Shown one piece after another: positions 20,063 to 28,891 of a stretch of 64,000 nucleotides of DNA. Within the stretch, counting starts at the first letter, position 1. The number at the start of each line of letters is the position of its first letter. The stretch spans positions 96,001 to 160,000 of IMG/VR virus record IMGVR_UViG_3300028591_000075, one strand, 5' to 3'. Position numbers and translations under genes: made by a program. The DNA comes from a virus (taxonomy: Duplodnaviria > Caudoviricetes). A model generated the notes under the pieces. That model was given only the letters and a program-made list of their open reading frames with translations, made no database searches and was not told where the DNA came from.

Positions 20063-20686
20063 ATGGCCAAGAAGTCATACTACACCGGGTGCCACAATGA
20101 TTTCTACTACGTGGACAACCTTGACAAGTACATGTTCCAGGACGCCCGCGAATGGGTGGAATGCCCCAAATGCAAAGGAGCCGGCAATATCCATGGTGCC
20201 ACCTGCCCCTTCTGCAAGGGTGCCGGGCAGATTGAACAAATTGCCGTAAATTATAAGTCCGACTGGGAACGGAAAGTGTTCATTTTCTGCGACCATAACC
20301 CGTTTGTCACCAAATGGGGATATGAGCCATTCGCCATATCCTACTTCTCCCCGGTCCAGATGAAACAGTCGATATACAAGCCCGATGTCTATGTCGAGTG
20401 CCAGTATTCCGACGGTACCAGGGAAAAGTGGCTTATCGAGGTGAAACCGGTGGCATATTCGGTCATGCCGCAGGCCCCGAAGCCGGTGGTCGAGGGCGCC
20501 ACCGCCAAGCAGATCGCCAATTACCAGAAGCGAAACCTGGCCTACCAGCGCAAGAGCATGGACGTGGCCACCAATTACGCCAAGTGGGAAGCTGCCGAAA
20601 AATGGTGCCAGCAGCACGGGGTGAACTGGCTCATCCTGAATGAGAGCAATACAATGGGTCTATTCAGCCCCGGTAAGCCCGTTTGA
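20063..20686 (+). CDS. gp4: Head completion nuclease (T4 gp4-like, TnsA-type) with an inserted CxxCxGxG zinc finger
   Basis: YKSDWERKVFIFCDHNP..KWGYEP..ISYFSP..YKPD..LIEVKP..NYAKWEAAEKWC. Confidence 0.85.
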   Translation: MAKKSYYTGCHNDFYYVDNLDKYMFQDAREWVECPKCKGAGNIHGATCPFCKGAGQIEQIAVNYKSDWERKVFIFCDHNPFVTKWGYEPFAISYFSPVQMKQSIYKPDVYVECQYSDGTREKWLIEVKPVAYSVMPQAPKPVVEGATAKQIANYQKRNLAYQRKSMDVATNYAKWEAAEKWCQQHGVNWLILNESNTMGLFSPGKPV

Positions 20687-20719
20687 AATAGTTTTCTCCC
20701 TGTAAAGAGAGGAAATATC

Positions 20720-21202
20720 ATGTGCAATGAACGTGAAGATGCGGTATGGTTCATCCATGCCAACCAGGTGTCCGGTTCCCAGAATGATGCCGGAGAAACA
20801 GTTGCCGTAATGCCTGATATGGGCACGGTGACCCTGTCGGTGGACAACATGTACACCAAGAATGACCATGCGACAAGCGGTGTGAACCGCAAGTTCGATG
20901 CTACCCTGGTGGATACCATTGACGAAGTGTACCGTAGCCACTGGGACCTTCCCGAATATCTCCCGTTCCGTGAATGCGTCAAGATGGGCATCCAGGACGG
21001 TATCGAGGCCGGCATGAAGCGTGCGTGCGCCAAGTACGACAAGCTGGTTGCCGATAAGAACAAGCAAATTCTTGAACTGGAGGCGGAAGCCAAGCGCTGG
21101 AAGGATGCCTTCAGGGGTCTCCTGAACAAGTGCCAGCAGGGTGTCGAGGCTCTGGATTTCATTTCCAGGGTTATTCACGGTAGCTGCGGGAAGAAGTTCT
21201 AA
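20720..21202 (+). CDS. Hypothetical protein
   Basis: GAGG SD; coiled-coil C-terminus. Confidence 0.7.
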   Translation: MCNEREDAVWFIHANQVSGSQNDAGETVAVMPDMGTVTLSVDNMYTKNDHATSGVNRKFDATLVDTIDEVYRSHWDLPEYLPFRECVKMGIQDGIEAGMKRACAKYDKLVADKNKQILELEAEAKRWKDAFRGLLNKCQQGVEALDFISRVIHGSCGKKF

Positions 21203-21630
21203 TGGCGCAGTGCTGTCCAGAAACTCCCGAAATCGACGGGATATACAAGCCCCTTAGTCGGCGCCTCGTTGACTTTGGTAACGAGGTGTACGCTGATTGC
21301 AATGCCAACCAGCGCGTCATCATGTGGGTATTCAGCTTCTATGACGGAATGGCGAACTGCAAGGTCTGTAAACACTCCCTCGACGAGATGTATGGCTGGT
21401 TCCACAAGTACGGGTTGCTGAATGACCCGGTGCGCGGTGTTCGCATGGTGGTCGAGGATGAACCCCATACCAACATGATTTACAACGATTTCGGATTTAC
21501 GAAATTACCGATGCACATATTCACCGATGGTGATGGGAAGATTATCGACATGCTGTTTGACTTCCCGGAAGCGGAATGGCTCGACAAGTACATTCTGCCT
21601 TACTTGCAGGAGGATGCAAAGATACTATGA
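21202..21630 (+). CDS. Thioredoxin-like protein
   Basis: VFSFYDGMANCKVCK (CxxC) and KLPMHIFTDGDG (cis-Pro strand). Confidence 0.7.
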   Translation: MAQCCPETPEIDGIYKPLSRRLVDFGNEVYADCNANQRVIMWVFSFYDGMANCKVCKHSLDEMYGWFHKYGLLNDPVRGVRMVVEDEPHTNMIYNDFGFTKLPMHIFTDGDGKIIDMLFDFPEAEWLDKYILPYLQEDAKIL

Positions 21631-22667
21631 GGCAACAGGTTACGATTATAGGCTATTCGTTGGATGCCATTCTTGAGGCTGTCCGTAGGTCAACTATGAC
21701 CGATACCGAGGTCACGCTCCTGGCGACTTCAGCATTGGGCGACCCGCTTGACACCTATGGCGACTGCATCAGCAGCCGTTATGCGGATGTCATCTCCGAA
21801 TTGCTCGGGGGCAGTATTTCTTTTGAGGAATATACCAACCCAAGGTACATGTATCTTCCTTTTGACAGCGTGAAGATTGCCAACCGGCACAATGGGGTCA
21901 TCCAGTTCCCCCTGTCCAAGAAGTCATTTGACGATGCAAATGAATGGGCCGAATGCGTAGAAGGAATGAAGGATCCAGAAATCAACAAGTGCATGGCCGA
22001 CCTGTCCCTTCCGCCTACCAAGATTGTGACCGCAATGAAGGCCGCTATGCCCAGCAAGTTCCTTGATACATTTGTCAAGTCCATGGGCATTACCAGGTGG
22101 CGCGGTGTACAGGTGTCAAAAATGTCGATGCAGGGTTACAAGTATGAATTCCCCCTGGAATTTATTGGCAAGGAAGACTATAACGAGTATTTCTGTAAGC
22201 CAAATATTACCTACCGGGAACTCTGCGCCCGTATTCTGAAACGGTTCAACATCGGATGCAGTCGCATTACCTTGCAGGAAGCTGGTGAAATCATCAAGAA
22301 CAACCAGTATCCCGGCCATACGGTTATCATGGACAACCGTGTTGATCAGTTTGTCGATTATGTGGGCGGTCGCTTTGAACGTCAACGTTTCTCTGTCGTC
22401 AGGATGAAGGTTCCTCCTGAACTGGAATTCGCTGGTGATGGGCTGTTCTACACACCGTTGTCCACATGCTGGGCCGTTTCTATTTTCAACGGTAAGGCGA
22501 AGCGGTTCATGTCCGAAGTGGTGGAAACTCTATATGATGAAGGTCTTACCGAAATTCCATCAACAAAGACAAACATCAAGATGTATGATACCTATGTGAA
22601 CCTGATTCGGCAGTTCGGCAACAAGGAACTCATGCTCGGTCAGCGGGTGGAGACCCTAATCAAATGA
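21627..22667 (+). CDS. UDP-galactopyranose mutase (Glf)-like protein, apparently degenerate
   Basis: Collinear Glf-like blocks: QFPLS, GITRWRG, YFCKPNITY, MDNRVDQFVDYVGGRF, NIKMYDTY, LGQR. The FAD GxGxxG motif is replaced by GYSLDA. Confidence 0.6.
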   Translation: MRQQVTIIGYSLDAILEAVRRSTMTDTEVTLLATSALGDPLDTYGDCISSRYADVISELLGGSISFEEYTNPRYMYLPFDSVKIANRHNGVIQFPLSKKSFDDANEWAECVEGMKDPEINKCMADLSLPPTKIVTAMKAAMPSKFLDTFVKSMGITRWRGVQVSKMSMQGYKYEFPLEFIGKEDYNEYFCKPNITYRELCARILKRFNIGCSRITLQEAGEIIKNNQYPGHTVIMDNRVDQFVDYVGGRFERQRFSVVRMKVPPELEFAGDGLFYTPLSTCWAVSIFNGKAKRFMSEVVETLYDEGLTEIPSTKTNIKMYDTYVNLIRQFGNKELMLGQRVETLIK

Positions 22668-23383
22668 TGACTGGCATATTTGCATTTGATGGCACTATTG
22701 ATCCGGCGAAATACGGTGACTGCAAGGTTTACCTTGCCAATCCTATTATGCCGGTTGGTGTCGCTTACCAACTGAATGCCGGCATCCTGAATCTGATGAA
22801 GGACGGATGCGACAACATCGTGTTCATGGGAAACCATTGCACGCCGCAGGATGATACAGTCAAGAGCCATGTTGAGCAACTGGAAAATCATCTTTATCCG
22901 TTGGTTACCTGTGGCCGTGTGCTTCATTCGGATGATAACTGGAAGGATTACCGCGAGAACGGTGAGGCTAAACGCCTTGGTCTGTTCAATCGCTCCGGTA
23001 CAATTATTCAGAATTCATCCATACTTACTTCCGGCTACGGGATATCTATTGCCAACTTTGGATTAAACCGTGCGGCAATAGACCGCATTAGCCGGTTCTC
23101 GAAACTGTACTTTGATAGTGAAGGCCCCTTGCCGGTTCTACCGGAATCGCGTCCGTTTGGTTATGGCAAGGTTCTGTCCCTTTGTGCCTGGTGCGCAAGG
23201 GTGACTATATTCATGCTTCCGACCGGTCGTAGCAACGCGGTTGTGTACAACACGGAAGGGTGCAATCCGTATGCGAGCAATTCGTGCGACGGTGACGATT
23301 CCGGTGACGCGCTGAAACACATACATGAAGAAATGACCAAGCAACCGATCGGCCTGGATTTCTTCGATTCCCCACGTGATTAA
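22664..23383 (+). CDS. GT-A (GT2)-like protein, degenerate
   Basis: NAGILNL..DNIVFMGNHCTP..VKSHVE matches the GT2 layout but lacks DxD. Confidence 0.35.
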   Translation: MMTGIFAFDGTIDPAKYGDCKVYLANPIMPVGVAYQLNAGILNLMKDGCDNIVFMGNHCTPQDDTVKSHVEQLENHLYPLVTCGRVLHSDDNWKDYRENGEAKRLGLFNRSGTIIQNSSILTSGYGISIANFGLNRAAIDRISRFSKLYFDSEGPLPVLPESRPFGYGKVLSLCAWCARVTIFMLPTGRSNAVVYNTEGCNPYASNSCDGDDSGDALKHIHEEMTKQPIGLDFFDSPRD

Positions 23384-23389
23384 CAGATC

Positions 23390-24466
23390 CTACTTCTTGT
23401 AGGCATCGTGCATATCGTAGTTGTACTTGTCCGCCGAATTGAATGCGGTCGGATGGGTCTTCATGTATGTCTTGTAATCGTTCGGGTTATAGGTCTCGAA
23501 CAGGTATGCGCTCTTGGTGCCCTGCCATGTGGTATAGCCGGCTTCATAGAACGCCTTGTTGTATTCGCCGTAAGGAGAACTTTCAGTGGCCTGTTTAATC
23601 ATGGCGTTGCCCACATCGACGCCCTTCGTGGTATTGTCGCGGAGGTAGCGGAACTTCTTCTTGAATGAACCCTGGAAGGAGTTCGGGTATTCCATGGAAA
23701 CTTGGAATGTATATTGGTTTGTGTCGTCGTAGGCCAGTTTTGCTTGTGGCGCATTTTTCAGAACACATGAGTTGAATTCAAACATCTGTCCAACATCCAC
23801 GTCGGTTATACATGGATCCGCATCGGTGCGGCTGTTCGTGAAGGTTCGCTTGTCATGCGAACGACCCATCGTAATTGCCTCGTAGTACATGTTGACATAC
23901 AGGTTGAATTTCTGCAGGGTGCTACGTGGTTTCAGGACAAGTGGGCTGAACTGCACGTTGTACAGGGCGTTGAAGAACTGGAACCACATCATGTAGCTGT
24001 CATCGAGGACGGTCAGGTTCAATGCGGTCGGACGTTCGTTTGCGGTAATCACCGGATATTCCATCGACTTGATGGAGTCCATCATGAACCACTGCGTCTT
24101 GGCCTTGGCACCCGGTATGTCGATGCTCTTGGCGTTCCAGCGCATGCAGAGCGTCTTTTCCTTGTCATCCCACGAGTGGGCGAACCAGTCATCGAACTGG
24201 TTCTTCTTGTAGTAGTCCAGCGTATTCGGGAACACCTTCACGTCGGTCATTTGGTACTTGTCGGCGAAGGAGTTGCGGTCCATGACGCGCAGTGCTTCCT
24301 CGACATACGGCCCGTAGAGATACACCTCGTACCGGTTGGGCAGATGGCCACGCGCAGTCTGGTAGAAATCCACCAGCTTACGGCCAATAACCCCGCGTTC
24401 TTTCACGCCGGTATTGGCCACGTCCTGGCCAGTTTGGTAAGTTTTGCCCGGTACTGGTGTTGCCAT
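23390..24466 (-). CDS. Tail tube-fold baseplate protein (gp54/gp48-like)
   Basis: PNRYEVYL, KSIDIPG, LNLTVLDD, FQVSMEY. Confidence 0.55.
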   Translation of the reverse strand: MATPVPGKTYQTGQDVANTGVKERGVIGRKLVDFYQTARGHLPNRYEVYLYGPYVEEALRVMDRNSFADKYQMTDVKVFPNTLDYYKKNQFDDWFAHSWDDKEKTLCMRWNAKSIDIPGAKAKTQWFMMDSIKSMEYPVITANERPTALNLTVLDDSYMMWFQFFNALYNVQFSPLVLKPRSTLQKFNLYVNMYYEAITMGRSHDKRTFTNSRTDADPCITDVDVGQMFEFNSCVLKNAPQAKLAYDDTNQYTFQVSMEYPNSFQGSFKKKFRYLRDNTTKGVDVGNAMIKQATESSPYGEYNKAFYEAGYTTWQGTKSAYLFETYNPNDYKTYMKTHPTAFNSADKYNYDMHDAYKK

Positions 24467-24468
24467 GT

Positions 24469-25164
24469 TTAACCTGTCTGTCCGTCGGTGTAGCTGTTGT
24501 TACTGGTCGATACGCAAATCGCGCTCATGAGGTTGTTCGGGTCAGGGAGACGGATAATGCGCTTAATCTCGTACTTGACCGTGATAGAGAACGGGAGGGG
24601 GTCAACTCCCCGCAACTGGGGCTGCAGGTCGCCCAGGTCGGTAAGCCGGCACCTCTCGAACCTCACTATCATGTGTTCCTGGGCGCAGTCGTCCGCGGCG
24701 TGCATCTCGATGTACGGGATGAATGTCAGGCGGTTCCTGTATGTCCGGTCCAACCCGTAGATGCGGTGTTCCGGATCCTGCTCAGGAAATCCCCCGGTGC
24801 GTCCACTCATTACGGTATCCATGTACCTATGGAATGCCCACCAGTTCTCGTACCAGTTGTCGCAGAGCATCGTGACCTGGAAGGTCTTTTCATATTCGTT
24901 GTCTTCCTGGATAGGAATGTTGGTAACGAACTTGTAATGACCTTCGGGTGCATACTTGATGCTCAGGCCCGGACAGTTGTATTTCTGTATCAGGGCGTTG
25001 GTGATTTCCGGCGGGGGTGCGGTATGGGGTACCGTGGTGAACTCGGCATCATGGGCCTCGTCTTCCCAGGACACAGGTATCGGGCCTATGCGTAGACGCC
25101 AGAACCCCCCGTGCACGGGCGCGGGGCTCCTGGAAAGTCTCCTGTCAAAGACGTGCCTTGCCAT
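24469..25164 (-). CDS. Tail tube-fold protein (gp3-like tail completion or tube paralogue)
   Basis: IQKYNCPGLSI, FQVTMLCDNWYENWWAFHRYM, LGDLQ, FSITVKYE. Confidence 0.55.
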   Translation of the reverse strand: MARHVFDRRLSRSPAPVHGGFWRLRIGPIPVSWEDEAHDAEFTTVPHTAPPPEITNALIQKYNCPGLSIKYAPEGHYKFVTNIPIQEDNEYEKTFQVTMLCDNWYENWWAFHRYMDTVMSGRTGGFPEQDPEHRIYGLDRTYRNRLTFIPYIEMHAADDCAQEHMIVRFERCRLTDLGDLQPQLRGVDPLPFSITVKYEIKRIIRLPDPNNLMSAICVSTSNNSYTDGQTG

Positions 25165-25170
25165 AGCGGA

Positions 25171-25908
25171 TTATTTGCCCATGTCCTTGGACGGGACACG
25201 CTGCTTGCCGAGAGCTTCCTTGGGCTTCACGGCACCGGTGTTGTCCTTGCCCGGCTTGTCAGCCTTGCTGGACACGGTGACATTGTTCGGGGTGGCCTTC
25301 AACTTGGCATCGAAGGAGTTGAGCGTAGTCACGGTTCCGCTGACATCGACCATCTTCGGCTTTTCCTTGAAGATGTCCGGGATGTTCTGCTTGCCCATGG
25401 CGGCCTTCGGCTTCACGGCGCCGGTGTTGTCCTTCTTCGGGCTTGCCGCATTGGACTTCTCGACGACCTTGCCGATACCGAGTTCTTCCACGGTATGGGT
25501 CACCTTGCCGGACATTTCCTTGACCGTAGTCTTCTTCAGGGCCTTGATGGAGCCGACGAGCTTGTCGGTGGAAGGCTTCTGGGCGAAGCTGTCGAGCACA
25601 ACGCTGCCGAAGTTATCAACTTCGGTGACAGGCTTGGCAGTCTTGGCCTTGGCCTTGTCGCTACCGAGGAACTTTTCCCAAGCAGCATCGATGCTGGTTT
25701 CGGAAGCAACGAAGTCAACCTTCGGCTTTACCACGCCGCTCTTGTTGCTGACCTGGATGGCATGGGGGCCACCCTGCGGTTTCCAGAACGGGAACATGGT
25801 TTCCTCGTCGAAACCACCTTCTTTCTTGGCCTTCTTGGAGGCTTCCAGGATTACCTCGCCGAGTTCGCTTTCGGTGGGCAAGTCAAACATATCGATTGAA
25901 GAATTCAT
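25171..25908 (-). CDS. Lys-rich late protein with an internal repeat; possible prohead core protein
   Basis: TATAAATC box at 25937-25944; VILEA site; KDNTGAVKPK(A/E)A(M/L)GKQ x2. Confidence 0.7.
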   Translation of the reverse strand: MNSSIDMFDLPTESELGEVILEASKKAKKEGGFDEETMFPFWKPQGGPHAIQVSNKSGVVKPKVDFVASETSIDAAWEKFLGSDKAKAKTAKPVTEVDNFGSVVLDSFAQKPSTDKLVGSIKALKKTTVKEMSGKVTHTVEELGIGKVVEKSNAASPKKDNTGAVKPKAAMGKQNIPDIFKEKPKMVDVSGTVTTLNSFDAKLKATPNNVTVSSKADKPGKDNTGAVKPKEALGKQRVPSKDMGK

Positions 25909-25936
25909 ATTTATTTTCCTGCAGGATTTTCCGATA

Positions 25937-26006
25937 GATTTATATACTTTACTGGCTCGAATGAACGAGTTTTGGGGCAGAACCCAGCCACTATTTGCTA
26001 TAAACT
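25937..26006. promoter_or_regulatory. Divergent late promoter pair
   Basis: TATAAATC (-, 25937-25944) and TATAAACT (+, 25999-26006). Confidence 0.75.
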
Positions 26007-26039
26007 GCTGCTGTAAAGAATAAAACGAGGTTTAACCTT

Positions 26040-26954
26040 ATGGAATGGATTGTTGAGGACAGCCTTACCAACTTCAACTTTTGGAGCGGAGCAGCCGATA
26101 ACGCCAAGCTGCTGGAATACAGCGAACTGAAAGAACTCGACGAGGCGTTACCGAGTTATTTCGAAGGGCGTACTCCTACCGCGACCGAAATCAACGATTT
26201 GTTCTGGTTCGAGTTTGGGACAGTGTGCTCCCTCATCGGCCTCAAATACGACAAGACCCGTGACGCGGTTATCCGCGGCGACGATGATGAAGGTGATGCC
26301 GAAATGGAATCGGTCGGTACGGACATGAATGCAGTGTTTGAATGTATCCGTAAGGACAATCCGGCCCTCGCCGACGCAATCGAAGCCGGTTACAAGGCGT
26401 GCATGGAAGGTGCCATCGGTGACCCGCATGACCGTTTTGCTGACCACACCTATTCTCCCGATGTAGTGCTGGATGACCAGCCGAACTTCACTGTCATCAT
26501 CTCCACCGATTCCATGGATCCTCATCCGGCCCGTGTGCTGGTACAGGCCCGTGATGAAGCCTCCGCTATTGACGAGGCGGTGGAGTCCCTTGTCGCGCAT
26601 GGCATGTCCGGTTATATCGAGGAGGATGAGCCTGAACACCCGGAAAATTACATCGAAGTGTCCAAGGGTTGGATTCCGTCCCATCTTATCCAGGTAAACC
26701 CACGGACCGGTTCCGATATCCGTACCGCCTATGTTCCCGAGCAGTTCTTGTCCGCCCTCGTAAATGACGACCGAAGCGGGATGAGTTCCGAGGATGAAGC
26801 CGAATTTGAGGCATTCTGTCAAGACCTTGCCGAGGAAGGAATTCCCGAATCCGGCTTGTACCCAGTTTGTGGCCCTGATGGCGAATTCTGGGACGTTGAC
26901 GACGATCCGTACAGCGGAAAGTCTGTTCTCTGCTCGGTGTTTGTCGGTCGCTAA
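26040..26954 (+). CDS. Acidic multidomain protein with an internal copy of the shared leader motif
   Basis: FNFWSGA...TEINDLFWFE domain; EMES-motif-CMEG; C-terminal LSALVNDDRSGMSSEDE domain. Confidence 0.8.
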   Translation: MEWIVEDSLTNFNFWSGAADNAKLLEYSELKELDEALPSYFEGRTPTATEINDLFWFEFGTVCSLIGLKYDKTRDAVIRGDDDEGDAEMESVGTDMNAVFECIRKDNPALADAIEAGYKACMEGAIGDPHDRFADHTYSPDVVLDDQPNFTVIISTDSMDPHPARVLVQARDEASAIDEAVESLVAHGMSGYIEEDEPEHPENYIEVSKGWIPSHLIQVNPRTGSDIRTAYVPEQFLSALVNDDRSGMSSEDEAEFEAFCQDLAEEGIPESGLYPVCGPDGEFWDVDDDPYSGKSVLCSVFVGR

Positions 26955-26963
26955 GGAGTAACC

Positions 26964-28070
26964 GTGAAGGCTCGTAAGATAGCTGGTATTCGTCTCGTCA
27001 ACTACATTGAGGACGGGATTACGTGGAAGTCCCACAAGGACGTTATTCTGGATTTCTGGATTACCAAGAAATGCCAGGAGGCCGGCTATTCCCCTTTCCA
27101 GTTCCGCAACATGTTCCGCGTGGTGCAGCTTCCCACAGCCGCTCAGCAGAAGTATGAGGAATGGTTTAACCACTATGATTTCCAGAACGATACCGACAAG
27201 GACTGGCTGGACTTCGTAAATGGAACGTTAAACCTTTTCTATCATACGTCCGAGCCGAACATTGAGGCTGACGAAACCTGGTTCATTGACCTGATGCAGT
27301 CCGAGGTGGAGGCCCGCGACATCGTTACCGAACAGGTATATCACGGTAGCCCTAACCTCAACGCATTCTGGAAGATCGAAACCAATTCGAAGCCGGAAGA
27401 AGTCGGTGGCCGTCGTAACGGGTACATCTATGTCACCAAGCTGGCTGACCTGAAACCGGCTGATACGCAGGGGTATTACTGGGGAGTTATTTTCCAGTGC
27501 CCGGAAACGGTGAGCCTCGCATTCGATGACGGTGGTACCAAGCGCAGGAAGTGCATTTGCTGGGCGGCTGATGTCAACCACATGACCTTGGTGCGCATCG
27601 GCAGCGATGGACGACTGATGATTGTTCCCGTATTCGTCGAAGGTAAGACCTGGAAGGCCGACCGTTGGATTCCGGAAGGAAGCATCAACCAGAAGCCGAT
27701 GTCCAGCGCGGGGCTATTGAACTACATCAATCAGAATTTCCATCGCCTCTATGGTATCTGGGACCAGATTGATGACAAGGTCAAGAATGTCCGTGAACAG
27801 TCAACTGCTCGTCTTACTGCCGTGAACGTGATGAACGATGAAGAAATCAAGCTGTCAAGGGTCATTGGAAACCTCGACAAGTTCGTCCGCGAAGGTAATG
27901 TTCCCGATGAACGCCGCGAGTACAACAAGGAGGTTCGCCAGAACCTGATGAAGCGGTTGCGCGAAAGGGACAAGGAAGCCAGGGCACAGGTCAGGGAAAT
28001 TGCCAAGGCCGAAAAGCGCAAGGACAAGAACGAACGGTCGAAAATCAATCCTACCATTACCGCAAACTAA
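26964..28070 (+). CDS. Hypothetical protein
   Basis: AAGGAG SD, GTG start, followed by a terminator. Confidence 0.75.
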   Translation: MKARKIAGIRLVNYIEDGITWKSHKDVILDFWITKKCQEAGYSPFQFRNMFRVVQLPTAAQQKYEEWFNHYDFQNDTDKDWLDFVNGTLNLFYHTSEPNIEADETWFIDLMQSEVEARDIVTEQVYHGSPNLNAFWKIETNSKPEEVGGRRNGYIYVTKLADLKPADTQGYYWGVIFQCPETVSLAFDDGGTKRRKCICWAADVNHMTLVRIGSDGRLMIVPVFVEGKTWKADRWIPEGSINQKPMSSAGLLNYINQNFHRLYGIWDQIDDKVKNVREQSTARLTAVNVMNDEEIKLSRVIGNLDKFVREGNVPDERREYNKEVRQNLMKRLRERDKEARAQVREIAKAEKRKDKNERSKINPTITAN

Positions 28071-28076
28071 AAAAAG

Positions 28077-28103
28077 AAAACCACCGGAGAACCGGTGGTT
28101 TTT
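28077..28103 (+). terminator. Intrinsic terminator, possibly bidirectional
   Basis: AAAACCACCGG-AGAA-CCGGTGGTTTT. Confidence 0.85.
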
Positions 28104-28139
28104 AAGTTGGCTGTGTGCCCCCAAAGTATTGCTAGAATA

Positions 28140-28415
28140 ATCCAGATTAACTCCAAGAGGCACTCCATAAACTGATTCGGCGTTCAACACGTGAACGCCT
28201 AACACCGTAAGTTCAAGGATTTTATTAGGCAGTTCTGCGGGCTCGCAACCAAGTATCTGGACAACTATCTCGCATGGCTAAACATCCTACACGTCAACGG
28301 GGATTCCGTAGGAAAGGAAACCCGTTTAGGCAAGATTTGGGCTAGGATGGTGTACCTGCGGAGTCACAGGACTTTCGCCATGCGTCCGGCGATTCCTCTG
28401 GCCGTTGCTGCTTAA
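28140..28415 (+). pseudogene. IS1595-family (ISXO2-like DDE) transposase C-terminal remnant
   Basis: Manual translation ...N*FGVQHVNA*HRKFKDFIRQFCGLATKYLDNYLAW...; in-frame stops at 28173 and 28200. Confidence 0.8.
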
Positions 28416-28419
28416 TGTG

Positions 28420-28878
28420 CTAATTGTCTTCTTCTACCTCGAAGTCTGAAATAGCTGCAGAAATTACTTTCTTTCCTGCAGCAACAGCATTTGGATAGGA
28501 TTTTGAAATATAAAGAACGTCCTCGTATATGTCACGGAACGGTAGTTTGAGTTTGTCATATTTTTCAGCCAGACCGGAGCTTATCCGTTTGTCGTATCCA
28601 GTGCTGCGAGTATCCAATAAGCCAACTGCGGCATATTCAGCATCACTCAACGGTGTACCGTCGTCAGCTTTGTCAATGATATATTCTATCACGGCGGTTA
28701 GATAGTGTGAATCACCGGATGCATTAAACATAGATTCCAGTTTAGCCTTGGTATAGATGACGTTCGATGCCTCACAGAAAGCTTGGAAACCTTCTTGAAG
28801 AATAGGCAGCATATCCATGTGGCCGGATATCTTGCATACACTTTCAAGGAAGGTATTGAATTTTTGTTCTGATTTCAT
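28420..28878 (-). CDS. Hypothetical protein with the N-terminal shared leader; AT-richer
   Basis: KFNTFLESVCKISGHMDMLPILQEGFQAFCEA; AGGAG SD. Confidence 0.75.
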   Translation of the reverse strand: MKSEQKFNTFLESVCKISGHMDMLPILQEGFQAFCEASNVIYTKAKLESMFNASGDSHYLTAVIEYIIDKADDGTPLSDAEYAAVGLLDTRSTGYDKRISSGLAEKYDKLKLPFRDIYEDVLYISKSYPNAVAAGKKVISAAISDFEVEEDN

Positions 28879-28891
28879 TGGTTGTCTCCTG

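Noticed and set aside
20252-20259. TATAAGTC inside gp4 (and TATAAACC near 16293)
   Set aside because: Inside coding sequence, far from start codons and explained by Tyr-Lys codons. Not counted as promoters.
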